Shown here piece after piece: positions 8,822 through 17,369 of a stretch of 32,168 nucleotides of DNA. The DNA comes from a virus. Lineage: Duplodnaviria > Caudoviricetes. How positions within the stretch are numbered: the stretch's first letter is position 1; every line of letters begins with the position of its first letter. The position numbers and the translations under genes were made by a program. Location: IMG/VR virus record IMGVR_UViG_3300032243_001666, positions 1-32,168 of that record. One strand, written 5' to 3'. Under the pieces are notes generated by a model, which worked only from the letters and a program-made list of their open reading frames with translations, was not told the DNA's origin and did no database searches.

Positions 8822-9479
8822 GATTTGCTACCTCTCTAATCAGATCTATGGCTTTATTAAGACCCTGTCTTACAGCCTCTCTGGTGATGCCGTATTTTTT
8901 ACCAATCTTATCAAATGTATACGACTCAAAATAATATAGTCTGATATAGTCCTTTTGTCTAGCGCTTAAACAATCTAAAGATAAAAGTCCCTCTATTAGA
9001 TTAGACAGTTGTTCTTTTTCTTCTTTTTCAATAGCATAATCTTCTGGAGATAATACTCTAGTATCTTCAGTAAATGACTGAGTTGTAGTACTATCGTCGT
9101 TGTTTTCAATAACATGGTCTAAAGAGTATGCGGTCTTTTTAAATTTTTTATTTTTCTTGTAGTTTTTAGACACATATGTTTGAATTGCCCATAAAGCACA
9201 TTGGTTTCGATATGAATATTTTGTTTTTTTAGTTCCTTTAGTATTTTGATAGTTTTCATCCCATCTCCAATCTGCCATCATAATAGCACTAGCCACAGAA
9301 GATATAGCATCTTCATCCTTGAGCATTTTTGTAGATAGTCCTTGATAAAACTGTCTAGAAAATTTTGATATAGCCTTTTTAGCTAGTAACATATAATGAT
9401 CTAAACTATCAAATTCTATATTAGAGTGGTCCTTATAAGCGATCTTTTGATTACCAATACCGTTAAGCTGTAATAGCAT
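8814..9479 (-). CDS. Phage RNA polymerase sigma-70-family factor
   Basis: Region 2-like EDAIS..IMMADWRWD..KYSYRNQC and region 4 HTH LSARQKDYIRLYY..YTFDKIGKKYGITREAVRQ. Confidence 0.88.
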   Translation of the reverse strand: MLLQLNGIGNQKIAYKDHSNIEFDSLDHYMLLAKKAISKFSRQFYQGLSTKMLKDEDAISSVASAIMMADWRWDENYQNTKGTKKTKYSYRNQCALWAIQTYVSKNYKKNKKFKKTAYSLDHVIENNDDSTTTQSFTEDTRVLSPEDYAIEKEEKEQLSNLIEGLLSLDCLSARQKDYIRLYYFESYTFDKIGKKYGITREAVRQGLNKAIDLIREVANHG

Positions 9480-9811
9480 TATTTATCCTTTATAGTAAAG
9501 TCCTGTGGAATATTCTTATTAACTATATCACTAACTAAATGTTTGATTTGATTTCTTAAGTTTTCCCTTTGCTGTGGAGTGTATCCTATATTTATATCAT
9601 CTGTAGCATCCAAATTAAAATCCGCATAATACTTAGATATAATCTTATCTAAGTCATTTTCTTCTAAATCTATAAGATAGGTCTTTGGCTGAAGATATTT
9701 TAAAATCTCATTTAGTGATAAAATAATCACATCAGACTCTCTATAATTATGTTTATAGAGTAGTCTATTGATTAGCCATTTGATAAATAAAACTTTGCTA
9801 TCCTCTACCAC
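9479..9811 (-). CDS. Hypothetical protein
   Basis: 110 aa ORF, GTG start, AGGA upstream. Confidence 0.65.
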   Translation of the reverse strand: MVEDSKVLFIKWLINRLLYKHNYRESDVIILSLNEILKYLQPKTYLIDLEENDLDKIISKYYADFNLDATDDINIGYTPQQRENLRNQIKHLVSDIVNKNIPQDFTIKDK

Positions 9812-9827
9812 AGTCCTAATCCAATAT

Positions 9828-10349
9828 CTATTTAGTTAGTTTTTTCCATTGATCTGAGTCTGGTCTATCCTTATCTCCCGGTTTAGCTGGCCTGTAATTC
9901 TTGCCCATCTTTTCTTTTTTCTTTCTGATATTATCCCAAAGTCCCGGTTTTTTTTGTGATTCGCCCGCAATCATAGTTTTATCATCGTCAGCCAAGGGCT
10001 GGTTCGTGACAAAATCTTTCATTTCGCACGAAGCTCTGTACATTGCATGAATCTTATCATGCCATCCGGCATTTGTCAATTTTTGCACTGTACTTTCATT
10101 CTTAAGATGGTTCTGCATTTCTGCCATACAGCTATAAATAGCATTAACATGATCCATCATCACTGATGAATTAGTATTATTAAGAGGTGTATTGCTTTCA
10201 TCGTCCCCATATAGATCATCTAGATTTTTCATTGTGGATGGACCCATTTCAAAATCATTAATGTTATTATAATCATTATTTGATTTAGTTTTTTGGGCTG
10301 CTTTTAATAATGAATCTAGAATATCATAAAATCTATCCATAATTATCAC
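9828..10349 (-). CDS. Hypothetical protein with a basic C-terminal motif
   Basis: C-terminal KKPGLWDNIRKKKEKMGKNYRPAKPGDKDRP, a motif type recalled from phage proteins. Confidence 0.7.
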   Translation of the reverse strand: MIIMDRFYDILDSLLKAAQKTKSNNDYNNINDFEMGPSTMKNLDDLYGDDESNTPLNNTNSSVMMDHVNAIYSCMAEMQNHLKNESTVQKLTNAGWHDKIHAMYRASCEMKDFVTNQPLADDDKTMIAGESQKKPGLWDNIRKKKEKMGKNYRPAKPGDKDRPDSDQWKKLTK

Positions 10350-10358
10350 CTTTGGTAT

Positions 10359-10943
10359 TTAAGCTTGAATACTTAAGAAATTATCTAGGCCCATTTCTTC
10401 AATAAGTTTTAGAAAACCTTCATATAATATGATGCCGTCTTCAGAGCCTTGTAATAATGGTATCATAATATTAGCAGTTAACTCATCTCCTACTGCACGA
10501 GCAGCAACTATAGTGTCTCTTTCTGCTCTGGATGCTTCCTGAACAGATGCTAGATTATAGTTGATCATAGCTACCATATCATGGCGTTTCCAGCTTGGAG
10601 GAGACACTGTTAGGGGTTGATAGTCGGCATCAAAAAACTCTAATCTAGATAGATTAATCATGGCGTGTTCATGCTCCTGCTTGGCATCCTCTTTAATAAC
10701 TGTTGCTAGTTTTTTATAACCCCATCTATCTAAATGCACAGCTTGGGCAGAAAGAACTGTTGTTTGTTGCCAGTGTATATTTAAAGATTTTTTGAGTAAG
10801 TCTAAAACAGTATCGTTTGTATAGTTTTTAGCTTCTTTATCGGATATCATATCCGGGTGTTTTGGTTCTTCTGCTGCAACAACTTGCTGTATTTCACTGG
10901 TCTGAGACTGTTCGTTTAAAAATTCTTGTATATTCTTATTCAT
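10359..10943 (-). CDS. bfr: Bacterioferritin-like protein (divergent)
   Basis: HLDRWGYKKLA...EHEHA...RLEFFD..P and GDELTANI align to Bfr helices; several ferroxidase ligands are altered. Confidence 0.75.
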   Translation of the reverse strand: MNKNIQEFLNEQSQTSEIQQVVAAEEPKHPDMISDKEAKNYTNDTVLDLLKKSLNIHWQQTTVLSAQAVHLDRWGYKKLATVIKEDAKQEHEHAMINLSRLEFFDADYQPLTVSPPSWKRHDMVAMINYNLASVQEASRAERDTIVAARAVGDELTANIMIPLLQGSEDGIILYEGFLKLIEEMGLDNFLSIQA

Positions 10944-10984
10944 AATTAGAAATCCGTTTTTTTTGTAGTTGATATAAAATTATT

Positions 10985-11509
10985 CTACCAGCTCTTACAG
11001 GCCCAATACCGACTTTTCCACCTGGGTCCAGGACTATCACACCTCATTCTTGCTCTAAAGCTTTTTCTTCTTTCCGGTATATTCTTTTTAATTGTCATAT
11101 TAGGATCGCCAAAGTTAACTTTAACTACATTACCTTTATCATTTTTAACATAGACACTAAATTTTTTAGGCCCATCGGGTGTTCTAAAAGGTTTATTAAG
11201 AGTAACTTTTTTACCATTTTTTTCTGCTGCTATAATTTTATCTTCTTCGTCGTAAATAACACCGGCTTCTATCTCCCAAATAAATTCATCCCATTCATCG
11301 TCCCAATAACAATTATTAGCTAATAAATTATCTTGAACATCATTTAATAAATCAGATTTAGATTTATCTTTTTTTGTTTGACTGATACATATGGCAACTC
11401 TTTGTTTAGTATCAGGATATTCTTTTTTCATCACTTCGTCGCTCATGCAACGAGATATGAATTTTTGTTTATCTTCATCGGTATGTTTATCGGGTATTGG
11501 CATTATCAT
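10985..11509 (-). CDS. Two-domain hypothetical phage protein
   Basis: N-terminal FISRCMSD..QRVAIC motif, acidic Trp-rich linker, basic C-terminal domain KVNFGDPNM..RRKSFRAR..RYWAC. Confidence 0.75.
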   Translation of the reverse strand: MIMPIPDKHTDEDKQKFISRCMSDEVMKKEYPDTKQRVAICISQTKKDKSKSDLLNDVQDNLLANNCYWDDEWDEFIWEIEAGVIYDEEDKIIAAEKNGKKVTLNKPFRTPDGPKKFSVYVKNDKGNVVKVNFGDPNMTIKKNIPERRKSFRARMRCDSPGPRWKSRYWACKSW

Positions 11510-12578
11510 TATCCTTGATGGTTTGTAAAATAATATTTGCTGTATTAGTCCATGAGTACTGTTTGGCCGTTAATACGCCTTCTGGATTATTATCGATATG
11601 ATTAGTATACACATATTTCATATAATGAACCGTTTGATCCAGCTCATTGCGGTCTAATTTAGCCCAATTACCACTACCCAAAAACCATTTACCATCATTA
11701 GCCACTTCTAGTTCATCTGTATTTATTAAATAGCAATTTTTATCATTACAATATTCTGTGTGTGCAGAATAATTTGTTGCAATAATTGGTTTATTCATTG
11801 CCATGCTTTCTATGATCTCGTTATTCCATCCTTCTGCCCTAGAAGGAAAAACCCCACAATCAGCATGATAAATAAATTCAGCTAAATGATATTGCGTAGG
11901 AAGTCTGTTAAAAATTTTGATTTTATTTTTTAGCTTATTATTTTCAACTAAATTAAGCCATTCTTGTGTTTCTTGTTCAGATAAAAAGGGGTTGAAAGGT
12001 AATAGCCATAATTCTACACTATCATTCTCTGTAAATGCGGATTCAAATGCTTTTAATAGAAAATCTTGACTTTTCCTTTTTTCCCATTTTCCGATATGAA
12101 AAAATATATAATTTTCTTTTTCTACCCTAATTTTATTTGGGGGTTGAAAAATTTCTAGGTCCACCCCTAATGGAGAAACATAAATAGGTTTACTAATATT
12201 GTTTTTTTCTAAAACTTCTTTTGCCCAATGAGATGCTACAAAAACATAATCAGCATAATTAATATGATGTTGTTCTCTTTGTGTTAGTCGGTCTAGTTCA
12301 AAAAAAGGTAATACATAATAGCTGCCATTACCAATCTTTAGAGCCAAATCATGTTGATGCCAAATTTTCAGGCACGGAGCATTATAATCAAAACTATTAC
12401 TATTTTGCAATAACTGACGGATAATATCCCTATCAGCCTCTGAATTAATCTCTACATTATTTCCAATAGGAAATAAAGAAATATCCATATTTTGAGCATG
12501 TATTGCTTTAATAATATTTAGGGAAGTGATACCATATCCAGTGCCATTAATCGGAGCATTGATATTAATAGTTTTCAT
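11487..12578 (-). CDS. Glycosyltransferase, GT4 (GT-B fold)
   Basis: TGYG, IGKWEKRK, PSRAEGWNNEIIESMA (EX7E). Confidence 0.9.
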   Translation of the reverse strand: MKTININAPINGTGYGITSLNIIKAIHAQNMDISLFPIGNNVEINSEADRDIIRQLLQNSNSFDYNAPCLKIWHQHDLALKIGNGSYYVLPFFELDRLTQREQHHINYADYVFVASHWAKEVLEKNNISKPIYVSPLGVDLEIFQPPNKIRVEKENYIFFHIGKWEKRKSQDFLLKAFESAFTENDSVELWLLPFNPFLSEQETQEWLNLVENNKLKNKIKIFNRLPTQYHLAEFIYHADCGVFPSRAEGWNNEIIESMAMNKPIIATNYSAHTEYCNDKNCYLINTDELEVANDGKWFLGSGNWAKLDRNELDQTVHYMKYVYTNHIDNNPEGVLTAKQYSWTNTANIILQTIKDNDNANTR

Positions 12579-13639
12579 TTTTCATATATCCTATTATGTG
12601 TATCGTTGACTAATATAAATGTAGTTTTTTTACCAAAGTCTTTAATCTTAGACGCGCCTATATAAGTACAAGAGCTTCTTATGCCACCAAAAATATCTTT
12701 AAGAATTTCTACTACCGGACCCTTATAAGATACTGTGACACATTTTCCCTCGCTCGTTCTATAATGAGCAACACCGTTATGGTGTTTGTACATAGCCTCT
12801 TTGGAACTCATTCCGTAAAATTTTAGCGATATTTTGTGCATTTCTGCATCATATTCCCATTCTCCTTCACACTCATCAGTTCCTGCAAAAAAACCTCCAC
12901 ACATTACAAAATCCGCATTACAACCAAAAGCCTTACAAATATCACCAACACTTTTGCAGCCGCCATCAGCACAAATATGTCCACCTAGTCCATGAGCAGC
13001 GTCAGAACATTCCATGATTGCAGAAGCTTGAGGATATCCTATTCCTGTTTTTAATCTTGTAGTACATACAGAACCAGGACCTATTCCTATTTTAACAATA
13101 TCTATTTTGCCATGTAATAATAATTCTTCAACCATCTCTGGTGTCACCACATTGCCTGCCATTATAATAATATTGTCATATAGCTTTCTGATATGGGCAA
13201 CTGTTTTGACAAACTTTTCGCTATAGCCATTTGCTACGTCTACGCAAATATTAGGTAGTTCACGACTTTTATCTCTAAGAGTATTAAATATATGTGTTAG
13301 TTTTTCAATATCATTAACAGTAGTGCCTGTAGAATAAAACACTAAATGCCTATAAGGAATGGTTTCATTTGAATAAAAATCTATAAGCTGCTCACTAGAG
13401 TAGTGCTTGTGTAAAGCGACTATACCACCCTGAGAACAAACCTCTTTTGCCATATTAAAAGTACCAGTAGTATCCATATTAGCTACCATAATTGGTATAG
13501 CAGAGATTTGTCTAGGAGAATGTAGAAAATGAAAATCTCGTGTAATATTTACTTCTGATCTACTAGATAAATTAGATCTTTTGGGTCTAATTAATATATC
13601 ATCAAAATCTAGTTTAATATCAGTAATAATTTTTTGCAT
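12575..13639 (-). CDS. guaC: GMP reductase
   Basis: LDFDDILIRPKRS, ANMDTTGT, DVANGYSE, GIGPGSVCTTR, FYGMSS, SEGK. Confidence 0.95.
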   Translation of the reverse strand: MQKIITDIKLDFDDILIRPKRSNLSSRSEVNITRDFHFLHSPRQISAIPIMVANMDTTGTFNMAKEVCSQGGIVALHKHYSSEQLIDFYSNETIPYRHLVFYSTGTTVNDIEKLTHIFNTLRDKSRELPNICVDVANGYSEKFVKTVAHIRKLYDNIIIMAGNVVTPEMVEELLLHGKIDIVKIGIGPGSVCTTRLKTGIGYPQASAIMECSDAAHGLGGHICADGGCKSVGDICKAFGCNADFVMCGGFFAGTDECEGEWEYDAEMHKISLKFYGMSSKEAMYKHHNGVAHYRTSEGKCVTVSYKGPVVEILKDIFGGIRSSCTYIGASKIKDFGKKTTFILVNDTHNRIYEK

Positions 13640-13647
13640 AATTGAAC

Positions 13648-14103
13648 CTATTTAGGAAGATTTATTTTATTTTTATCATTAAAATATTGCCCACCATAAC
13701 TAACAAAAATTTCTTCACCCTTTTTAATATCTTCTACACATATTACATCTGTTAATAGTTGTTTATAATTAAATTTCCACATTGCATTAGGTTTGTCTTG
13801 GTGGTTGTATAGCATACCATATCCTAAAACCATATAGAATAAAAATCCATGAGTTTGGCAGTCTTTGCAAGAACACGGTGGCTGAGCATACATATAATTA
13901 AAAATTTGTGGATCAAGCTGATATCTTGATCTATATTCCATTGGAATAAGCGGGCATCTTTCTATAATTTGGTTTTTAAAAATATTTTTTGTAGCAAAAA
14001 CACCACGACCATGAATTGGAGAATTGCCAATTATGATACTATTTGACTGAATATAGTCTAGTTGTTGAGGATCGTCTGGTCTAACATAATGTTCATTATT
14101 CAT
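13648..14103 (-). CDS. SET-domain methyltransferase
   Basis: SPIHGRGVFA, LYNH and IKKGEEIFVSYG motifs. Confidence 0.9.
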   Translation of the reverse strand: MNNEHYVRPDDPQQLDYIQSNSIIIGNSPIHGRGVFATKNIFKNQIIERCPLIPMEYRSRYQLDPQIFNYMYAQPPCSCKDCQTHGFLFYMVLGYGMLYNHQDKPNAMWKFNYKQLLTDVICVEDIKKGEEIFVSYGGQYFNDKNKINLPK

Positions 14104-14300
14104 AAAATCTCTTTAAGAAAAGTATCTGTATCATAACAGGTTAATTTTTTCTTCCATCCAGTTTCACTTACGCAAATTTTAATACTAGTTACTAACCCTT
14201 TACCCCTGTATATTCTTAATACAGAAACAATAGCATCATAATGAGTGTCTCTTTGTATTATGTGTTTAATTTGACCAGATTGAACATAATATTTAGGCAT
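14100..14300 (-). CDS. Small hypothetical protein
   Basis: 66 aa ORF with overlaps at both ends. Confidence 0.65.
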   Translation of the reverse strand: MPKYYVQSGQIKHIIQRDTHYDAIVSVLRIYRGKGLVTSIKICVSETGWKKKLTCYDTDTFLKEIL

Positions 14301-14838
14301 TATTATTTAATTCAAAAAAATACCATCTTTTATAGGTTTCTATATTTTCTGAACAATCTATATGTATTAAATATGCTTTAATATCCTCCCAATTAGAAAA
14401 AATCATTTGATGTGGAATAGTGCCGAAAAGCCAATCGGGCGTATGATCCTTCCCTTGTTCCATATGAACTATAATAGGTTTTTTTTGTCTATTAGCCCAA
14501 AATATTTCTTCAAGAGTTCCACAAGGGTGGGTATCTAGATCCAGATTAACAATAATAAAATCACTAATATCTACAAGTCTTAGATCTACTCCGCGAATAG
14601 CTTTCATCATTAATGAGAGTTCTGAGTATCTTTTTTGGGCTTTTAATTTGCTTTTCATATTATGAGCATCATTGTCTTCTAATCCTACTTCACCGGGTTT
14701 TTTAATAGGATTGAATACTTGAATATCCAAATTATGTAAAAATGGAGTAATATTATCTCTCCATGTTGATCCTCGGTCTGGCACTCTATCCATAGCACCA
14801 GCTAAATAAACTCTTTGATTTTTTAATCGATGTATCAT
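14293..14838 (-). CDS. Nucleoside 2-deoxyribosyltransferase-like protein
   Basis: VYLAGAM, VFNP, DLRLVDISD and GTLEE (catalytic Glu position). Confidence 0.85.
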   Translation of the reverse strand: MIHRLKNQRVYLAGAMDRVPDRGSTWRDNITPFLHNLDIQVFNPIKKPGEVGLEDNDAHNMKSKLKAQKRYSELSLMMKAIRGVDLRLVDISDFIIVNLDLDTHPCGTLEEIFWANRQKKPIIVHMEQGKDHTPDWLFGTIPHQMIFSNWEDIKAYLIHIDCSENIETYKRWYFFELNNNA

Positions 14839-14972
14839 TCGTTGAGAAAAAGAAAAGTAAATAAAGTTTTAGAAGATTTAACGCCGGGTATAATGCCATG
14901 TCTGGTTCTATAGATGTTCTCCAAACCTTGACACAAACCCAAAAACATAGCCACAACCAGTATAATTTCCAT
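14835..14972 (-). CDS. 45-aa small protein below the ORF-track cutoff
   Basis: MEIILVVAMFLGLCQGLENIYRTRHGIIPGVKSSKTFIYFSFLNE fills the gap between genes and ends in an ATGA overlap with the next start. Confidence 0.5.
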   Translation of the reverse strand: MEIILVVAMFLGLCQGLENIYRTRHGIIPGVKSSKTLFTFLFLNE

Positions 14973-14978
14973 AAAATG

Positions 14979-15836
14979 CTATTCCACCAACATAATTTGA
15001 GAAGGATTTAAAAATAATAGAAAATTATTATTTCTAGCTAGACTATAGTGCATGGTAACATGTTCACAATCATACCCACTATACTCCCCGGTCCAATAAT
15101 TATGTGATCTATACACACACATTCCTCCGAACGCACTGTTTATTCTAACCGGAGGAGATCCAACAGGCAACACGCAAAATCCAAACCACATCATATTGTG
15201 ATAGTTACGAAATTCATTTGTAACACTATATTCTAAATTTGTCCACCAAGATCCACGATAGGCCCATGCATCATAATTCCACAAACTGGGTGTTTCATAT
15301 AGCACTGGTCTAATCTGAAAACTATTTCCAGCAAGACCGGAAATGTGTTCATGTTCTTTCAGCCATCCAAAAGAATTATATACTCCTTTAGCGCTAAAAT
15401 CTAAAAAATCGGTATCAAATACTATAACAAAATCAAAATCCGAATAATTTTTATATGCATAATTTTTAAGAATATTTCTGTATTCTGCTAGTGCTGTAGT
15501 TCTTTCGGTTTCTTGAGTATGTCCAAATGCTGGTCTATTATAATTTTGAGATAAAATAATAATTTTGTTATTTTGTTGTTGTAATGTTTGCAGTTGTTCT
15601 TTTGTATTATCTGAGGAATCATTTTCGAATAAAACTATTCTATAGTCTTTGGCTTTTACTCCTATATCATCAATGATTTTATTAATATTATCATATATAA
15701 CAGATCCTACATCTCTACATAATCCTAAAAAAATCACTTTGGATTCTGATAATTTAATTTTGCCAGACTCTATCTTAGAATCATAAGATTTTTGATATTC
15801 AGACTCAGGATATAAAACATTTTCAATTTTTAACAT
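14979..15836 (-). CDS. GT-A glycosyltransferase, CAP59/GT69 mannosyltransferase-like
   Basis: ENDSSDNT, LAEYRN, FDTD (DxD), SAFGG and CEH motifs. Confidence 0.75.
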   Translation of the reverse strand: MLKIENVLYPESEYQKSYDSKIESGKIKLSESKVIFLGLCRDVGSVIYDNINKIIDDIGVKAKDYRIVLFENDSSDNTKEQLQTLQQQNNKIIILSQNYNRPAFGHTQETERTTALAEYRNILKNYAYKNYSDFDFVIVFDTDFLDFSAKGVYNSFGWLKEHEHISGLAGNSFQIRPVLYETPSLWNYDAWAYRGSWWTNLEYSVTNEFRNYHNMMWFGFCVLPVGSPPVRINSAFGGMCVYRSHNYWTGEYSGYDCEHVTMHYSLARNNNFLLFLNPSQIMLVE

Positions 15837-16483
15837 CGTGATATTATCTCAGATAGTATTTGTTTGGTAACTTCAACTTTGTTTTTAATCATGGTTGAAT
15901 GAAAAAATCTGTAATCCTTGGGAATTTGACGATGATCATTTATATGAGGATTCCATCGGTAGTCTAGCTTGGTCCAAGGTATATTGTATTGTTCTGGAAG
16001 TTTAATTGGTCTTGAATCTGGATTAATACCTAAAGTATGCAATAGTGATGCTTGCTCCCACCAATATTGACTACTAATAAAATTATTATAATGCCATAGT
16101 TGATCCAACCACGACAGGGCTTTTTTATTTAAAATCCAAACCCCACAATTTGGTACACTTCCGTCTGAGGTTTCATGCACCACTAACCCCATATGATCTG
16201 TTTGATTAAAATCATCTAAAATATCTTGATTAAAATCTTTGATAATAACATCAGCATCTATCCACAGTACTATATCATAAGTAGCTAATAGTTTTAATAT
16301 TAGTTCCAGTTTCCACCAAGAATAGTGTCTGGTTTTTGTTGTTTCAGAAAAAAATGAATCATTAGGTATAAATAAGTCATAATTATGAGTTCTGGCATAT
16401 TTATTAAGTGTTAATATAGACAAATCTAATAAATTAGCATGTGTATCGAACCCGAAAGAAGTTATAACTTTATTTGTTATCAT
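15830..16483 (-). CDS. GT-A glycosyltransferase, GT34 (GMA12/MNN10)-like
   Basis: YARTHNY, WWKL, LWIDAD, NCGV and WEQ motifs. Confidence 0.8.
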   Translation of the reverse strand: MITNKVITSFGFDTHANLLDLSILTLNKYARTHNYDLFIPNDSFFSETTKTRHYSWWKLELILKLLATYDIVLWIDADVIIKDFNQDILDDFNQTDHMGLVVHETSDGSVPNCGVWILNKKALSWLDQLWHYNNFISSQYWWEQASLLHTLGINPDSRPIKLPEQYNIPWTKLDYRWNPHINDHRQIPKDYRFFHSTMIKNKVEVTKQILSEIISRC

Positions 16484-17006
16484 ATATAAAAACCGTTAGA
16501 TCTCCCCAAATGTCTTTAATAAGTTCTTCAATAAAGTTCCAATTACCGCCCGCTAATCCGCAACCAAATTTAGGACAATGTATTTGTGCTCTTTGATCTT
16601 GAAAGTTAGATTTAATATATTGTGCTACACTAGCCATAGACCTACATAAAGCCAAATAATTAAGGGGGCGCCTATTTGAGTGTGATATTACACTATTTTG
16701 ACTAATCATATTAGCAAAAACTAATTGATGATTATAGGTTTTATCATGTAAGACCGATATGAATTGTGTGTGTCCTAGATTATTTTTTAAGAATTTAGAA
16801 CCTAATAAATGATAATTCTCTTTAACCGATGGATAATTTTTAGCAACTGCTGTTGCAAATCCAGCACCAAAAAGATTAGCATTATTGCAAACATGAGGAA
16901 CAATAATACTAGAACCATTATTTTTAAGATATATTGGATCTATAATATAGTCAAATAAATTACCACGAATAATAGGTAGACCATTATTTTTTGTTGTTGT
17001 ACCCAT
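16470..17006 (-). CDS. Macrodomain (ADP-ribose binding/hydrolase) protein
   Basis: GNLF, HVCN..FGAGFA, ANMISQ and PKFGCGLAGGNW; start moved from 17030 to 17006 because an AGGAG RBS and a promoter precede it. Confidence 0.88.
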   Translation of the reverse strand: MGTTTKNNGLPIIRGNLFDYIIDPIYLKNNGSSIIVPHVCNNANLFGAGFATAVAKNYPSVKENYHLLGSKFLKNNLGHTQFISVLHDKTYNHQLVFANMISQNSVISHSNRRPLNYLALCRSMASVAQYIKSNFQDQRAQIHCPKFGCGLAGGNWNFIEELIKDIWGDLTVFIYDNK

Positions 17007-17025
17007 AGATATTCTCCTTGATTCT

Positions 17026-17054
17026 ATCATAATCTAGATCAAGAAGAAAAGCAA
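17026..17054 (-). promoter_or_regulatory. Sigma-70-like promoter
   Basis: TTGCTT-17 bp-TATGAT followed by AGGAG and the ATG at 17006. Confidence 0.6.
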
Positions 17055-17066
17055 AAGCTGTTTTTA

Positions 17067-17354
17067 TTATTTAGGTTTTTTGGCTGGAATCGATACATAT
17101 AGAGATAACAGACTCTTAGCAATATCTTCTCCTAGCAGTTCTAGAATACGAGATTCTGCTTGAGATTGAGTATAATCTCCAATAGCATCATAACCTTCAT
17201 TTTCCCATAGTGTTAATGTTTTATAAAACGGAACCATTTGTGCTAGTACTTTTTTGTTTTTCTCAACATCTATTAATACTACGGGTAATTCTGAAATCTT
17301 AATAGGGTTTGTTTTATCTGGCACAGTAATCGATACTTCATGAGGAAGTTTCAT
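17067..17354 (-). CDS. Hypothetical protein, possible tail-fibre accessory
   Basis: 95 aa with AGGAG RBS, directly downstream of the fibre-like gene. Confidence 0.7.
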   Translation of the reverse strand: MKLPHEVSITVPDKTNPIKISELPVVLIDVEKNKKVLAQMVPFYKTLTLWENEGYDAIGDYTQSQAESRILELLGEDIAKSLLSLYVSIPAKKPK

Positions 17355-17369
17355 ATTAATTATCTCCTT

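Noticed and set aside
12575-13639. IMP dehydrogenase
   Set aside because: ANMDTTGT, DVANGYSE and FYGMSS, with no CBS insert, fit GMP reductase.
13648-16483. Eukaryotic or giant-virus origin suggested by SET, GT34/GT69 and papain genes
   Set aside because: rIIA/rIIB, a sigma-70 factor, -35/-10 promoters, SD sequences and overlapping operons indicate a bacteriophage.
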